Assembly (NCBI GenBank): GCA_001949185.1 | Contig: BDGG01000003.1 | Coordinates: forward strand, 701,197 to 765,196 | Direction of reading: 5' to 3' | Origin: Ramazzottius varieornatus | Lineage: Eukaryota > Animalia > Tardigrada | Length of the DNA stretch: 64,000 nt | Shown: piece by piece, positions 1 to 11,212 of the stretch | Layout: every line of letters begins with the position of its first letter | How positions within the stretch are numbered: the first letter of the stretch is position 1 | Position numbers and translations under genes: made by a program | The notes under the pieces: generated by a model | Told to the model about the DNA's origin: nothing | The model's database searches: none | Seen by the model: only the letters and a program-made list of their open reading frames with translations

Positions 1-200
1 GTATTCTTCACTCTTTTCACTTTGCAGCAGGCAAAGGATCAAGTTATTCTGAATGTTGATCACTATACTTTGAAAGCTGTTGTTTACATGCCAGTCGATG
101 GTACAACCTTTCTTTATAATATAATCACCGCTCGATTTTACATTGCGGCGTACCATACTTCAGATTAGCGATTATTTCACACCCACAAGATATACTACTA

Positions 201-1838
201 CTGTATTCCCGCGAAAGTTTTGCGCAGTCACGTTTCATGCCCATAAATCAAACCTACGAACATTTTAATGTACAATGCATTGATTGCCTGATTGGGGCCC
301 ATCGCGTTTTCACTTGTTGCATTTGTTTTCTGATTTTCTGTCCGGAAGCCCATGTGTCAGGTATCTCAGGTATTGCGTGGTATTGCGTGCTTGGAAGTAA
401 GAAATGCTCCAACTTGTTCGAAAACCTTGTACAGTATGCATCTACAGAATTTTTTGTCATGGACAGGTCTGGAAAGCTTCCGGATAAGATCAACAACTCT
501 GGCAGGAGAATTCAGCACCCCGAGCTCGAAGACGAAGTGTACAAGCGATATGAAGACCGCCAAAAGGCCTCCAAACCAACTCGAGACTTCGATTTGCAAA
601 GGATGGCTATTGCTGTCGCCGCTGAGCGAGGAGTCACGGGATTCAGAGCTTCAAAAGGCTGGGTCGGAGACTTCAGGCAGCGACGCGGACTAGTGCTACG
701 AGTCACAACGAAGATTGGCCGAAAGTTCGCCCAAACGGAAGATCAGGTAAGGGATCTGCTTACGTACCATGTGTGACGTCATACTGTGAAAATTTTCCCT
801 TAAGCCTTGTTACTTGCCATGACATTACGATTTGTGACGTCATGCGCGAAGTCGACTGCCATTTACCTCTTTCTTTTCTGCAGATCCAGGAAGAATTTTT
901 CCTGCACAGGATATTCGAAGCTGTCTTCATCAACAACTCTCATCCCTACCTCATAAGGAACATGGACCAAACATCAGTCAGGCTGCAGAACACCTATAAA
1001 AAGACTTTGTCCCCGAAAGGTGCCAAGGAGGTGCGAGTAGTGCAACCTCCAGGAGATCCTGAGTATCTCACGGTGTGCCTCACGATCAGCGCCAACGGTT
1101 GGAAATTTCCAGCTTCCGTTGTGTTCAAAGGTAACAAGAAAACCGGAAAGCTGTCGCCGAGAATCCTCAACAAGTTCGAGATTCGCGAAAACGTCCGCAT
1201 CTTCAGTACTCATTCGGGGTGGTAGAATTCAGCCTTTGACCGGTTCTGGATCAAGGAAACGTTTGACGAAAGATATGATGGTGGTACCTTGATTCGGGAT
1301 CGTGCGCCGGCTCATGGGAGTTTCGAAAGTCAGCTCTTACTGGAAAATCTGGGGATCGAACAGATGTTTATTCCTGCTGGTCTCACTGGTACCTACCAAC
1401 CTTTGGATGTTGGTGTCAACTTCCCGTTCAAATCGTACCTACGCAAATCCTACCACTTGAGGAGAGATAATTGCACCGCTGTCACCAAGAGCGGGTATTT
1501 GAAGAAGCCGAGCCGTCAAGATTTCATGAAATTTGTTTCAGAAGCCTGGGAGAAAGTCAAAGTCTCTACGGTAGAAAACTCTTTCGTTAGTGCTCGTATA
1601 ATGCCGGAACCGCTGTATATGTTAGCTAGTCAGGAAGAGACTCTGGATAGCCCTGATGATTTGGAAAGGTCTTTCGAGTGTGGTTTTAGTTCGGTGGAAG
1701 ACTCTTTCGCGGAAGAATAAAGTGTATGTCAATTGATTGACGAGTGTCTTTGATTGAAGACACAGACCTTTTTTGTCCCTGCCTGGCGTAATTTACGGGC
1801 ATTTCACTTGACTGCGCAAAACTTTCGCGGGAATACAG
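201..1838 (+). mobile_element. pogo/Tigger-family DNA transposon, full length
   Basis: 30-bp perfect TIRs CTGTATTCCCGCGAAAGTTTTGCGCAGTCA (201-230 and revcomp 1809-1838), TA on both flanks, internal transposase. Confidence 0.93.
459..1720 (+). pseudogene. pogo transposase (CENP-B HTH + DDE_1) with one in-frame stop
   Basis: HTH (FRASKGWVGDFRQRRGL), GT-AG intron ~747-883, catalytic motifs NMDQTS, IRDRAPAH and QPLDVGVN. ORFs 773-1225 and 1289-1720 are in the same frame, separated by TAG at 1223-1225. Confidence 0.85.
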
Positions 1839-2711
1839 TACTGTAAGTCGTCGAGATATTTGCGAAATCACGTGACTCAGTGATTTCGTGACTCAATGAC
1901 ACCTCGTATTGAGTCACGTGATTTGGCGAATATATAGCATCTTCTCCTAAAAAGAAGGGCGGTCATTCCTCAAGTATCTTCCTGCAGGAAGTTTCTCCTA
2001 TCAAAGAGACAGAAGTTGAAACAGGAAATATCGGGAAACGCTTCTCGTCCATCATCCTAGCTCCCATGAAAGACATCAGTGATCTGTACGCCTCACTATC
2101 TTCTGACTCGACAGGACATACGTCTGTTGACGTGAAAATATTGGGTTCTTCGTCTTACTGTAACAAATCTAGCATGCTGGAGCTGAGCACGCCAGGATGG
2201 CACAGAAGAGAAAGAGCATCGCACGAAGAGTCAGACAATTCGTGGGAGTCGTTCTTCGACAGAAAAGAACAGGAAGAGAAAAAGAAAGCTCGGAAAGATC
2301 TATCCACTTTGTCCTGAGTTATCATCTTTGAAGGCTAGTTTCAGTATTGAAGGCATATGAGCACCAAAACTTTTTTATAACGGATCCGTTTACTATTAAA
2401 GGTTCTTGACGTCATGCTGTGACGTACGTACCGGAAACTGGACGTAAAGTATTTATTAAAAACATTCACGTCATATTTCCCGAATTGCGTTTTGGAATAT
2501 AATAGACCCGGGAGGAGGGGAAGGAAAACGGCCCAACGGTAATGACAGCACCAGTACGCAGTGCTGAGTGCCCTCGTTACGTCACAAACATGAGCTCACC
2601 TGCCGAGCGTTTTCATAATTCAGCATTGTAGTGTACGTCTCACTGAAAAACACTGTCAGTTGTAGCTCTTCAGCCTTTTCCACATTGTCAATCTGCTTAT
2701 TCCTGTTCGAG

Positions 2712-4296
2712 ATGGAGAAGAGTGGCAGTGCCTGGGTGGTCTACTTTATGCTGATGAGCCACCGAAGTTAGGTGTCGTTCAGCCATCCTGGTATGTGCAA
2801 GGAGACGGCCCTGATACTCCAACTGTTGGATCGAACTGCATGGTCAAGTGACAAGGCAGAGGCAAGCCGTTTCCGGCAATCTTCCTCGACCAAGAGATCG
2901 GCAAGACAGCCAAGGAAGCCTACAAGAGTCTCGAAGGTAAACTGAAAGATGCTGCCACCGATGAAGCCTTAGACTCGATGGGGAAGAGTTACGCCGCTGC
3001 TGTGCTGCAACCAAGTAACGTCCAGTCGGATACTGCCGTTAACCTGCCTGACAGCTCTATCACGACCGTCATAAGCCATCCCCATGGACAGAGTACCCAG
3101 AGCGGTTAACCAGTGCTTCAGTCAGGTAGCCATGGATTGTCTTTGGAACACGCTCTTGTTTCATGGACTGAAATGCAGCAGTTCATGCAAGTAATGATTT
3201 ATCATCAGCAATTTCAAAACATGTCGTACTGTGCCGAAGATAATGTCTTTACGCTTCGACTCGTTTAACCAGTGCGATCCGCTATTTATATCTGAAGGAA
3301 GCGATTGAGGAGGCTAAGGAGGATATGCGAGAGCAGTTCCAGATTCTGAGATCTGAAAATAACAACGCGATCGACAAAAAGGCAGTCAAGGTAAGCCGCT
3401 GTTTGTCTACTTGGTTAAAGTCCCACAACCAATTTCTCCTTAATTTCTATAGGCCATCGTCAAAAAGTCGATGGACAAGATGAAGCACAAGTTGGAAGTC
3501 GACCGAGAAGAACTGAAGACGCAACATGAAACAATGTACGGATGCATCAACGCGGTTGAATCCACACAAAAGATTCATGAGGTATATTTGTCTAACATTG
3601 AAATTAATATTTTGGTATATGTTATGCTTTACCTTTAGACAAGCGTTAGCGAAATGTCGATGCGTTTGGACAATTTGGAGAAAAGAGATGTAAGTTTCCC
3701 TTCTTTCAACCATCTCTCTACGTTGTAATGTGATTTTCTATTTTTCATAGTACGCAGGTCAATGAAGAAAGATTCAAGTATGATCCGACTGTCTCCTCGA
3801 CCGTTCAGGCATCGCAATTGAAGGTATTCATATAACCTGGAAAATTTATTTGACATGCTGTAATATTTTTTGGACATTTAAAGCATATTTCTTCGCTTTA
3901 CAAAACTTTATGAGAAGCAAGAAAGATTGGACTAAAGCACTCATCAAAAGTATGAAGCTGCTGTCTGACGAAGACGAGCTGCGAGATTCTTGTACCAAAG
4001 ACAAGAAAAAATCTCCGGAGAATAGAGAACCATTGGACCAAAACAAAGTCAAGATTATTCACGGTAATCTGACTCCTTAAAAAATTCGATGAGTTTTATC
4101 CAGAAAACACTACACCTTACCATTATCAATTTTTTTACCTCATTATTGATACTTGTTTTCAGATATGGTCGCTATGTTCTGTGACGGGAAGAAGTTGACC
4201 CAACCAAAGACTGCGGAAATCAACAAGAGAATCAGTACTCACTGCTCTGGACTCAGCAAGAAACACAAGAAGATTGCTCCACTGACTTCCGTTTAA
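2712..4296 (+). pseudogene. Decayed multi-exon coiled-coil + BEN-domain-like gene
   Basis: Phase-compatible exons at ~3301-3390, 3453-3581, 3639-3689, 3758-3822, ~3904-4062 and 4163-4296 give a coiled coil, then KALIKSMKLLSDEDELRDS...EPLDQNKVKIIHDMV...INKRISTHC (BEN-like). The 5' part has a frameshift and a TGA, and one acceptor reads CAA. Confidence 0.55.
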
Positions 4297-4503
4297 AATT
4301 CATTCCCGTTGAATTTTGCTGCTCCTGGTACTCTTGCCTATTTCTGATCTGATTTTTTACTTATTGAAACATTTTGATTTTAACTAGTTTTTAACAGATT
4401 CAGAACTTTCCGGTGCCAATAATTACGTACCAACCAGCTCATTCGATATTCCCAGCAGAATCGTAGATTTGCACACGGTGTTTCCGCCGTATTTCTGGGG
4501 TTC

Positions 4504-4650
4504 TTTTCGGTAGTGAATTTGCGCCATGGATAAAATACCGCTGCGTTTCCCCACCACCTTTCTGCCGTGTTTCTATAACCCTTTTCGGTGGTGAGTTTTC
4601 GCTATGGACGAATTACCGCTGCACTTCCCCACCACGTTTCTACCGTCGAC
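4504..4650 (+). repeat. Two diverged ~78-bp tandem units, probably subterminal repeats
   Basis: TTTTCGGT(A/G)GTGA...ACCGCTGC..TTCCCCACCAC.TTTCT.CCGT occurs at ~4504 and ~4582. Confidence 0.7.
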
Positions 4651-4755
4651 ATGTGCAGCATTAGCAGTCCGTTTAACATTGGCGACGGCAGATATTATCA
4701 ATTTTATAGATTTCCGCCGTTAGGGCGGAAATACCACAGATCGACCGTATTTCTG

Positions 4756-4904
4756 CAGTGTAAAAATGCATTGGGAAGAATCCAGCTGAGCTTACTTACG
4801 ACTCAGCCAGTGAGAATTAGGTTTTGCTGCATGCGCAAATTTCATTGGCCTTAACCATCTGGCTCCATACACCCATTTTTAACGGTTTATTTTGTCGTCC
4901 ACTG
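4756..4904 (-). mobile_element. MITE copy, inverted relative to 7233-7393, left end damaged
   Basis: About 125 bp is the near reverse complement of 7233-7355; it ends CACTG-TA. Confidence 0.8.
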
Positions 4905-5416
4905 TATCGTACACTGCGGTCTGGACTATCGATACTGCAACCCCGTGACCGCGGAAAATAGCTGGGTGGAAACATTACGTCAGTATTGTTGGCTTTCCAC
5001 TCTTCATATCATCACGTTAAGGATCAGGTTTTCTCGTTCCGCGCATACCTGGTAGAGACCGGATCCAGTGCGATCATTAGGCATAGGTGCACCTAATACA
5101 TACTATGTGGAGTGAGATTTTCCGTACGAGGAGAAGCATTTTCTTTATCGCATGTTCGCTGTGACAAGTGATATTTCGCAGAATATTTATTCGGAGTTCG
5201 GTGGAAGAAAATGGAACGTCTAGGAAAAGTGGGATGATAGTGTACACAACTCGGAAATAGCAATCCAGTGCATGAATATTCAACTATTCAAGTAGCTAAC
5301 AGTACGGACTTTTGCAGATAAACAGCGTGAACATATAATGGAAACCACAGCTAACGGCGCCAGCTTACGCGGTTTTCCGCTCACTCGACTAGCAAGCCCT
5401 TAGCGCTACAGAAAGT

Positions 5417-5800
5417 CTAACCAAAACATGGATTGGGATCCAAAGGATCGCAGCAGGGTTGGATAGGGTTACACGGATCGCAAGCGCATGGTGTGGAGTT
5501 CGGTGGAGGAGTCACGGTGCGAACAGATAGAGTAATGCGTCGAAGGGTGGTGGGACCTCTTGTCGTGGTGGTGGTTCGCGTTGCAAGGGTTATGCGCGCA
5601 TTGCCCTTCGCACTCGGGCCGCTTGATCCTGATGCCGGTTTCTTCTGTTTGTCTTTTTGTGTGGCTTGTACAGCCTTTTTTCCGTCGTTTGCCTTTTGAC
5701 CAGTAGGGCGGACTCTCTGCTTTCTTTCATCTGCAACGGTGATCTCCAGACAGAGCATGACCAGCAACAGCGTCAAGCAGGACAGACGAAACCACGACAT
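5417..5800 (-). CDS. Small secreted basic, Thr-rich, Cys-rich protein, copy 1 (127 aa)
   Basis: ATG 5800 just after a TTTTCAG acceptor. Signal-peptide-like MSWFRLSCLTLLLVMLCLEITVA, Lys/Gln-rich linker, RITLATRT/RITLSVRT repeat, 6-Cys tail. Conserved paralog at 17602-18018. Confidence 0.75.
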   Translation of the reverse strand: MSWFRLSCLTLLLVMLCLEITVADERKQRVRPTGQKANDGKKAVQATQKDKQKKPASGSSGPSAKGNARITLATRTTTTTRGPTTLRRITLSVRTVTPPPNSTPCACDPCNPIQPCCDPLDPNPCFG

Positions 5801-7232
5801 CTTACCTGAAAAGAAGGAAATGTTTTGCGTGGGACAGTGGAAAACAACCCTTGCTTTGCTTAAGTGCGGTATCAATAGACCACTTACACTTACACAAGTT
5901 GAATGTTCAGATCCTAGCGCAATCCGTAACGAAAAGCTTGCGGAAATAAGATTTGAGGAGAGATGTGTTGTGTTGCAGCTACGACGCTCTTTTACATCAT
6001 CGCCGACAACGGTTTTTACGGAAGTAGAGAATTGCACTACCCGTTGTCACCATTGTTGATGCGAGAAAGACTTCAGAATTCGAACCATAATTAGATGTTG
6101 TTGGCACGGAAGACCAGGGTATCACAAAGGATAATGTGTATTTGGTATTCTAAGTTAGACGCAGCCTCATCATGTCGCGCAAGAAATTCACCGGTGCCCT
6201 TCAAAGTTCTCCCTCACGCTCCACTGATACCGTATTGAATGTATAATTGTGCAAGCCGACAGCCAAGTCGCTATTCAGTAGACATTGAGAAGCTACGGTG
6301 AATGGCAAGCGTCGGCTGGCAAACAACAAAAAAATACAGAAAATATCATGCCACATATTTCCGGTCAAAAACTTCCTACTTTTATCATTCTCGGGCTGCC
6401 TAATTGCACAGGAGTAGCAACGAACAAAGAACCACTTCGCCACGTCTAGCCATTTAGTTGAGCTACCTTGCCTAAACTTTATTCCTCGTGGTCGACTTAT
6501 GCTCGTTTCCGAAATCAATAAACAAGCCGGTCCAGCATAACCGAGCTGACTCGAACCTGTTTAGTTCTTTCGTGCCGACAAGGAAGCAGAAAATCATACG
6601 AAGACGCCTTTGACAAAGTCCACCAAGCCCTGATTACTACTCGATTGCGCCTTCAAGAATCAGGTCCCACCACGCACCGTGGAGATTTCTTTGCAAAAAG
6701 GACGGTAAGAGAGCATTCACGCTTTCCGAAACAAAGGACTCTGCGCAGAGAAATGTTGGCGTACTCGATGGTCATTTCATCGTCCTATTATGGCCGTTTT
6801 ACGTCACGATGCCGTTTCCATGAAGAAATGTGATACAGGCAAGTTTTAGGCCCTGTTGAACCACATAGCATACTAGCGCAAGAACTCCTGAATGCATTAT
6901 GCAGGCTAGCGAAAACCTTACGTTTCGTGAAAACAAAACTTCGACTACAGTAGATCATAACCACAGGTACGATTCAGCTAGGCTTGGAGCTTAGTTTGAT
7001 AAATCTGAAAAACAGGCGGGCTAGAATCAGGCGGGCAGTGGGTACCATTCGCGCTATGAGCCCATGTCTTCAGCGCATATGAATCCATAGGTGGCTGCGC
7101 AGTAGAATCGTCAGAGCAGCACCTGGCTGTAAGAAGTGAGAGCGTCAGATAGCCAATCAACTGCTGATCGCTGTCGAGCGTGCTGCAATCTTTTGATTCC
7201 GAGAAGATAATCAACCCAAGAAAAAAAGATTA

Positions 7233-7393
7233 CAGTGTAGGACAAAATAAACCGTTAAAAATGGGTTTATAGAGCCAGCTGAAGCCAATGAAATTCGCGC
7301 ATGCAGTGAAACCTAATTCTCATTGGCTGAGTCGTAAATAAGCTCAGCTGGAGTCTTGGGCCCATTTTTAACGGTTAATTTCGTCGTACACTG
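7233..7393. mobile_element. Tc1/mariner-type MITE (161 bp)
   Basis: TIRs CAGTGTAGGACAAAATAAACCGTTAAAAATGGG / CCCATTTTTAACGGTTAATTTCGTCGTACACTG, TA on both flanks. Confidence 0.88.
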
Positions 7394-8542
7394 TACCTAG
7401 CGAAGTGATGACCGAAGTGTATTCCGTACTTCCGTACTTCGGTGAGGGTCGGAAAGGTACCAAGCGTACACTTTTCTCAACCGGCGCATACGTGGCCGAG
7501 CGCATGCTGTGCGCTGGTACCTGAGTTGTTGATACACGGGCAAGCAGTTTAGACTTTTGAATTTTCGACGATGGAACTTCATTTCCGTCATGTCTGCTCC
7601 TGCTGGCGCTGTTGCAGAACCTTGCCCCGTCTCTGTTCGCTTCTCTCTGTCCTATCCGCTGCCCTGCTCTCAGCTGATATTTTCCTGACATCAACAGAAT
7701 TCGGGAAACAGCTGATTCCCGTTACCAGGCCCACTCAGCTGAGCTGGATGCGTCCACCGTTTGGCGAGAACCTGTCATATTTCTGGATGCTTGGGATTTT
7801 CTGATACTGGTAAGAGAGCTCTCATAGCTTATCGCTCTGTGGAAATGGCTAGGCTGGAGTCAGGTTAAATTGTTCTGCTACCAAAGATGCTGCATGAACG
7901 TGCTATTGCATCCGGTTTTGCTCTTTGTGAGACATGCTCTCTTGGAAGCTGTTAGTCGCATACATCGTAAGGATACCTTCCATTTCTGTTTATAGAAAAA
8001 TCTTGCCTATCCTAAGGACGGCAAGAAATAGCGGAACTATCTTCCTGGACGGGTGAAAATCACTTCATGAAGTAGGCCTTGAATTGGTGAAAGCGCTTAC
8101 GATTTCTTTGGAAATCCTGTGCGGAAATCCCGATTTACATATTCCGTCAAAAAACGGAGGTTTTGTTTTGCAGGCAATCCGTGAACCCTATTGGTGCCAG
8201 CAACCAGCTTAACAGAATCGGATGGGGAAGAGGCAGTAAAAGAACGTTCGACGAAAGACCGAGCCAAGTCAGTCATGTCAATCATCAATCCGGGTGGACC
8301 GAACCGTCAATCGGAGACCATCCCGATCATCCATGCGGGTGGACCAGATCATCGAAAAATCGATGAACGTCAATCAAAAAGTCAACCGGACAAAAATCGC
8401 TCGAATAATTCCAGAATCCAAGGAATCAATCGAAACGAAAACTCAACGCCGATTTCCATCAATCAAGCAATCGAATGCACTCAAAACGGTAAAAACGGGA
8501 CGTAGGAAGAATTTTAGAATAACAACAATGCATGTCTAACCA

Positions 8543-8983
8543 GGGCCATTTTACGAATTTTTGCCGCACTGTCAAGAAAATTTTGAAAAGAAGGTGGTGA
8601 ATTGCCGAGAAGGGGCGCCATTTAGTGGGGTGATGACTTTTTCCCATTTCTTCGGTCGTATTGTTCATCAATTCAAGCAATGATACCATATGTCACTGTC
8701 GGTGTGTCATGGTGTGTTCGATCATTGGATGAAGGTTTGGAAAATCTGCGCTGTCATTGGATGAAGGTTTGGAAAATGTTCAGCGAGAAAGATGAGGTTT
8801 TTTAGCTCTTCTTTCTCAGCTGGCAGTTTTCCGGGCAAGACATGCGTTATCAAAACTGAAATGGGTAATGGATGGCCTTCTTGACGCTGTACGTTTTCAC
8901 GTCAAGCGTTTAATTTTAGAAGCGCTGGTGGCGACAAAAGAGTTTTTGTGACAAGGACCGCAAAATTTTTAGAATTACGCCCC
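8543..8983. mobile_element. Possible old MITE (Harbinger-like)
   Basis: Imperfect ~40-bp inverted ends beginning GGGC; internal 24-bp direct duplication at 8722 and 8754. Confidence 0.35.
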
Positions 8984-9819
8984 AGACGAAAACAGCTGCA
9001 GCAATTTAGCATGAGGCTGGAGTGATCTTCCTATAGCTTAAACGAAAGACTACATCATACGCCATGCTCAGTGAATAACAGGGGATCGAAATATAGCTTC
9101 TGACCGTCGATCCCGTCGATCGAGATCTGGTACCTATTTCTCCGATTTTGTTTTGAAGTCTGCTATACATTCGCCATACAACACGACAAGCCAAGGCCGA
9201 AATTACATGACACATAAATCACACCGTAACTTTAGTGGTGTGATCAAGTAATCAACCCGCATGTGGACCGGCTGTGTCCGTATGGCTCGCAGTATCGTTA
9301 ATTTTGTACGATTTCTTTATTTTGAAATCGCAAAATCAGGTACCAGATTTCGAGCGACCGGACTGTATTATCCGGCTGAACGATTTGATTGGGAATTTTT
9401 CCACATTTACTTGAGCCGTCAAAACTACCGAATATCTAGGTCATCTATGCATCATCACATATCAAAATTGCTACCTTGGCTTCAAAAACCGCCGTCCAAG
9501 AGTTCAGAAATAACAGGGCCTGGATGGCCTTAGGTTCTAGGCGGTTACGAAGGAGTGTACTGTATCGACCACCACTAGAGAAGCTTGAAGTTGCTGACCT
9601 GCGAGCTATAGCCCGTCAACTACTAATGGATAAGGAACTGTTGAGTAGCATGATCGAAGCAAAACGAGAGCGGAACAATAAAACTTGATCAATAAGCCGA
9701 CTTCTAGTGCGTTGTTAGCAGCAGAGGGATTGCGCATCGCCACGGTTCCCCCAGACTTCTACCTAATGTAGGACACTGGGGAGTTCTGCTTTGATTGTCT
9801 GATTGATTCAAGTACTTTT

Positions 9820-9983
9820 AACCGGATAAACATTGGAAGGATACAGATTTTATCGTATCCGGATGGATGAGGATGAGAGTTTTATCCGGTTAGGAGTTGG
9901 ATGGATAAAATCCTTAACCAATCCAGGTTTCATCCGGATATGTCCGGATAACGTCCGTTGTGGATGGATAAATAACATCCCTA
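9820..9983. mobile_element. hAT-like MITE end, solo
   Basis: GGATA/TATCC-rich repeats ending CATCCCTA (revcomp TAGGGATG); no partner end seen. Confidence 0.45.
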
Positions 9984-10509
9984 ACTGTGTTCGACTGATT
10001 GACATCTCATCGCTGATCAGTTTCGCCTGAAGCTGTGGCTTACAGGACGGACTGTAGTCTGCCGGAACTCAACCGAAGACGCCGCGCGAAGTTCACCTTC
10101 ACGCATCGTTGGCGTCCAAATGGTTATATAGCAGTCTTTAATTTCAATGTCGAGGTCAACGATTGTCTGCTGGTCGCATTTCCAGCAACCCATGATAACT
10201 AATGCAGAGACCACGTTGTGAGACCACGTTGTGAAAGCAAAGTGGTCAATTGCGCGCCACGGAAACATTATTCAAAATGGGTCTTACGTTGTCCATTATC
10301 TTTCTCGCAATTGTAGAGCAATCGGGAAGACCGAAAAGATCAATATTTCAGGTACCAACCTAAACAGCCAGCAGAACCTATCTTGCGTAGACCTCACTTA
10401 TGTCAATCACGGTACTCCCATTTTGTCAGTGCAACACACCATGCATGCATGAGAGAACTCACTCAGTCTCATTCAGTTTGGCACAGTGCTTCGTCACATC
10501 GACGAGAAG

Positions 10510-11212
10510 CAATCAGCCATGCAAGAAACTAATCATCCCGATATTCTGTACACTTATCTCAAACAGGCTTTCCCCCGGAAATATCTCGGAAGAAAGAACT
10601 ACGTCACATCGGTGTACTCGAGGTTCACAACAAAAAAGTCGTCTTGCGCTGGCCAGTGGGAACAATTACCACAAAACAGTAAGGAGGAACCGGAACACCC
10701 ACGGATTAGTTTCTCAGCCACGAACCAACCGCATTTCAAACTAGAACAGCTTTTGGTATACCTCAGACAACTGTCTTCGCAGTCTTAGCCCATCAGACCA
10801 TCTGGAACATCCAGTGCAGCAAGTACACGGATGAAGAAGGCAAGAACGAGAACCCAGTCTTGTTCAGGAAACTACAAGAAATCCGGGAAGAAGTCATCCG
10901 AAGGCTGGAAAGCGGATCGGCCAAAGCCTCGCGAGAACGCGAGTTTGCCTTAATTAAAGAAATCACCGACATCAGCGGGACCATCAAGCCCTACGAAAAG
11001 GGGGAAAAGCGAAAGTAGGCCTGCATGCCTGCAAGAACCGGCCAAGATCAAAGCGCAACACGGTAAATCTTTTCCCTATATGCGCGTTAGTTGGTCAATC
11101 TGTTCTGACCTGTTTGAATATTTGTCCAGATTCTTACGTGCCGTCCAATGCTGAAGCGGTCGTTGGGGACACAGACGCCAAGTCGGGCTTGCCATTGCAG
11201 AGTGCAGCCAAC
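10510..11212 (+). repeat. ~700-bp near-identical duplicate of 21535-22247
   Basis: Direct sequence match with scattered substitutions and a small indel. Confidence 0.95.
10730..11212 (+). pseudogene. PI4KA: PI4-kinase III alpha gene fragment, copy A
   Basis: AHQTIWNIQCSKYTDEEGK...REFALIKEITDISGTIKPYEKGEKRK, an intron, then YVPSNAEAVVG..AKSGLPLQSAA. Matches the PI4KA helical-to-kinase junction; contains stops and frameshifts. Confidence 0.85.

Noticed and set aside
1223-1225. Programmed stop readthrough in the pogo transposase
   Set aside because: A single TGG-to-TAG mutation is simpler; no readthrough signal is evident.
5801-6037. N-terminal extension of the 206-aa ORF (and 18019-18108 for copy 2)
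   Set aside because: It runs through a 5'UTR intron; the conserved ATG and signal peptide start after the acceptor.
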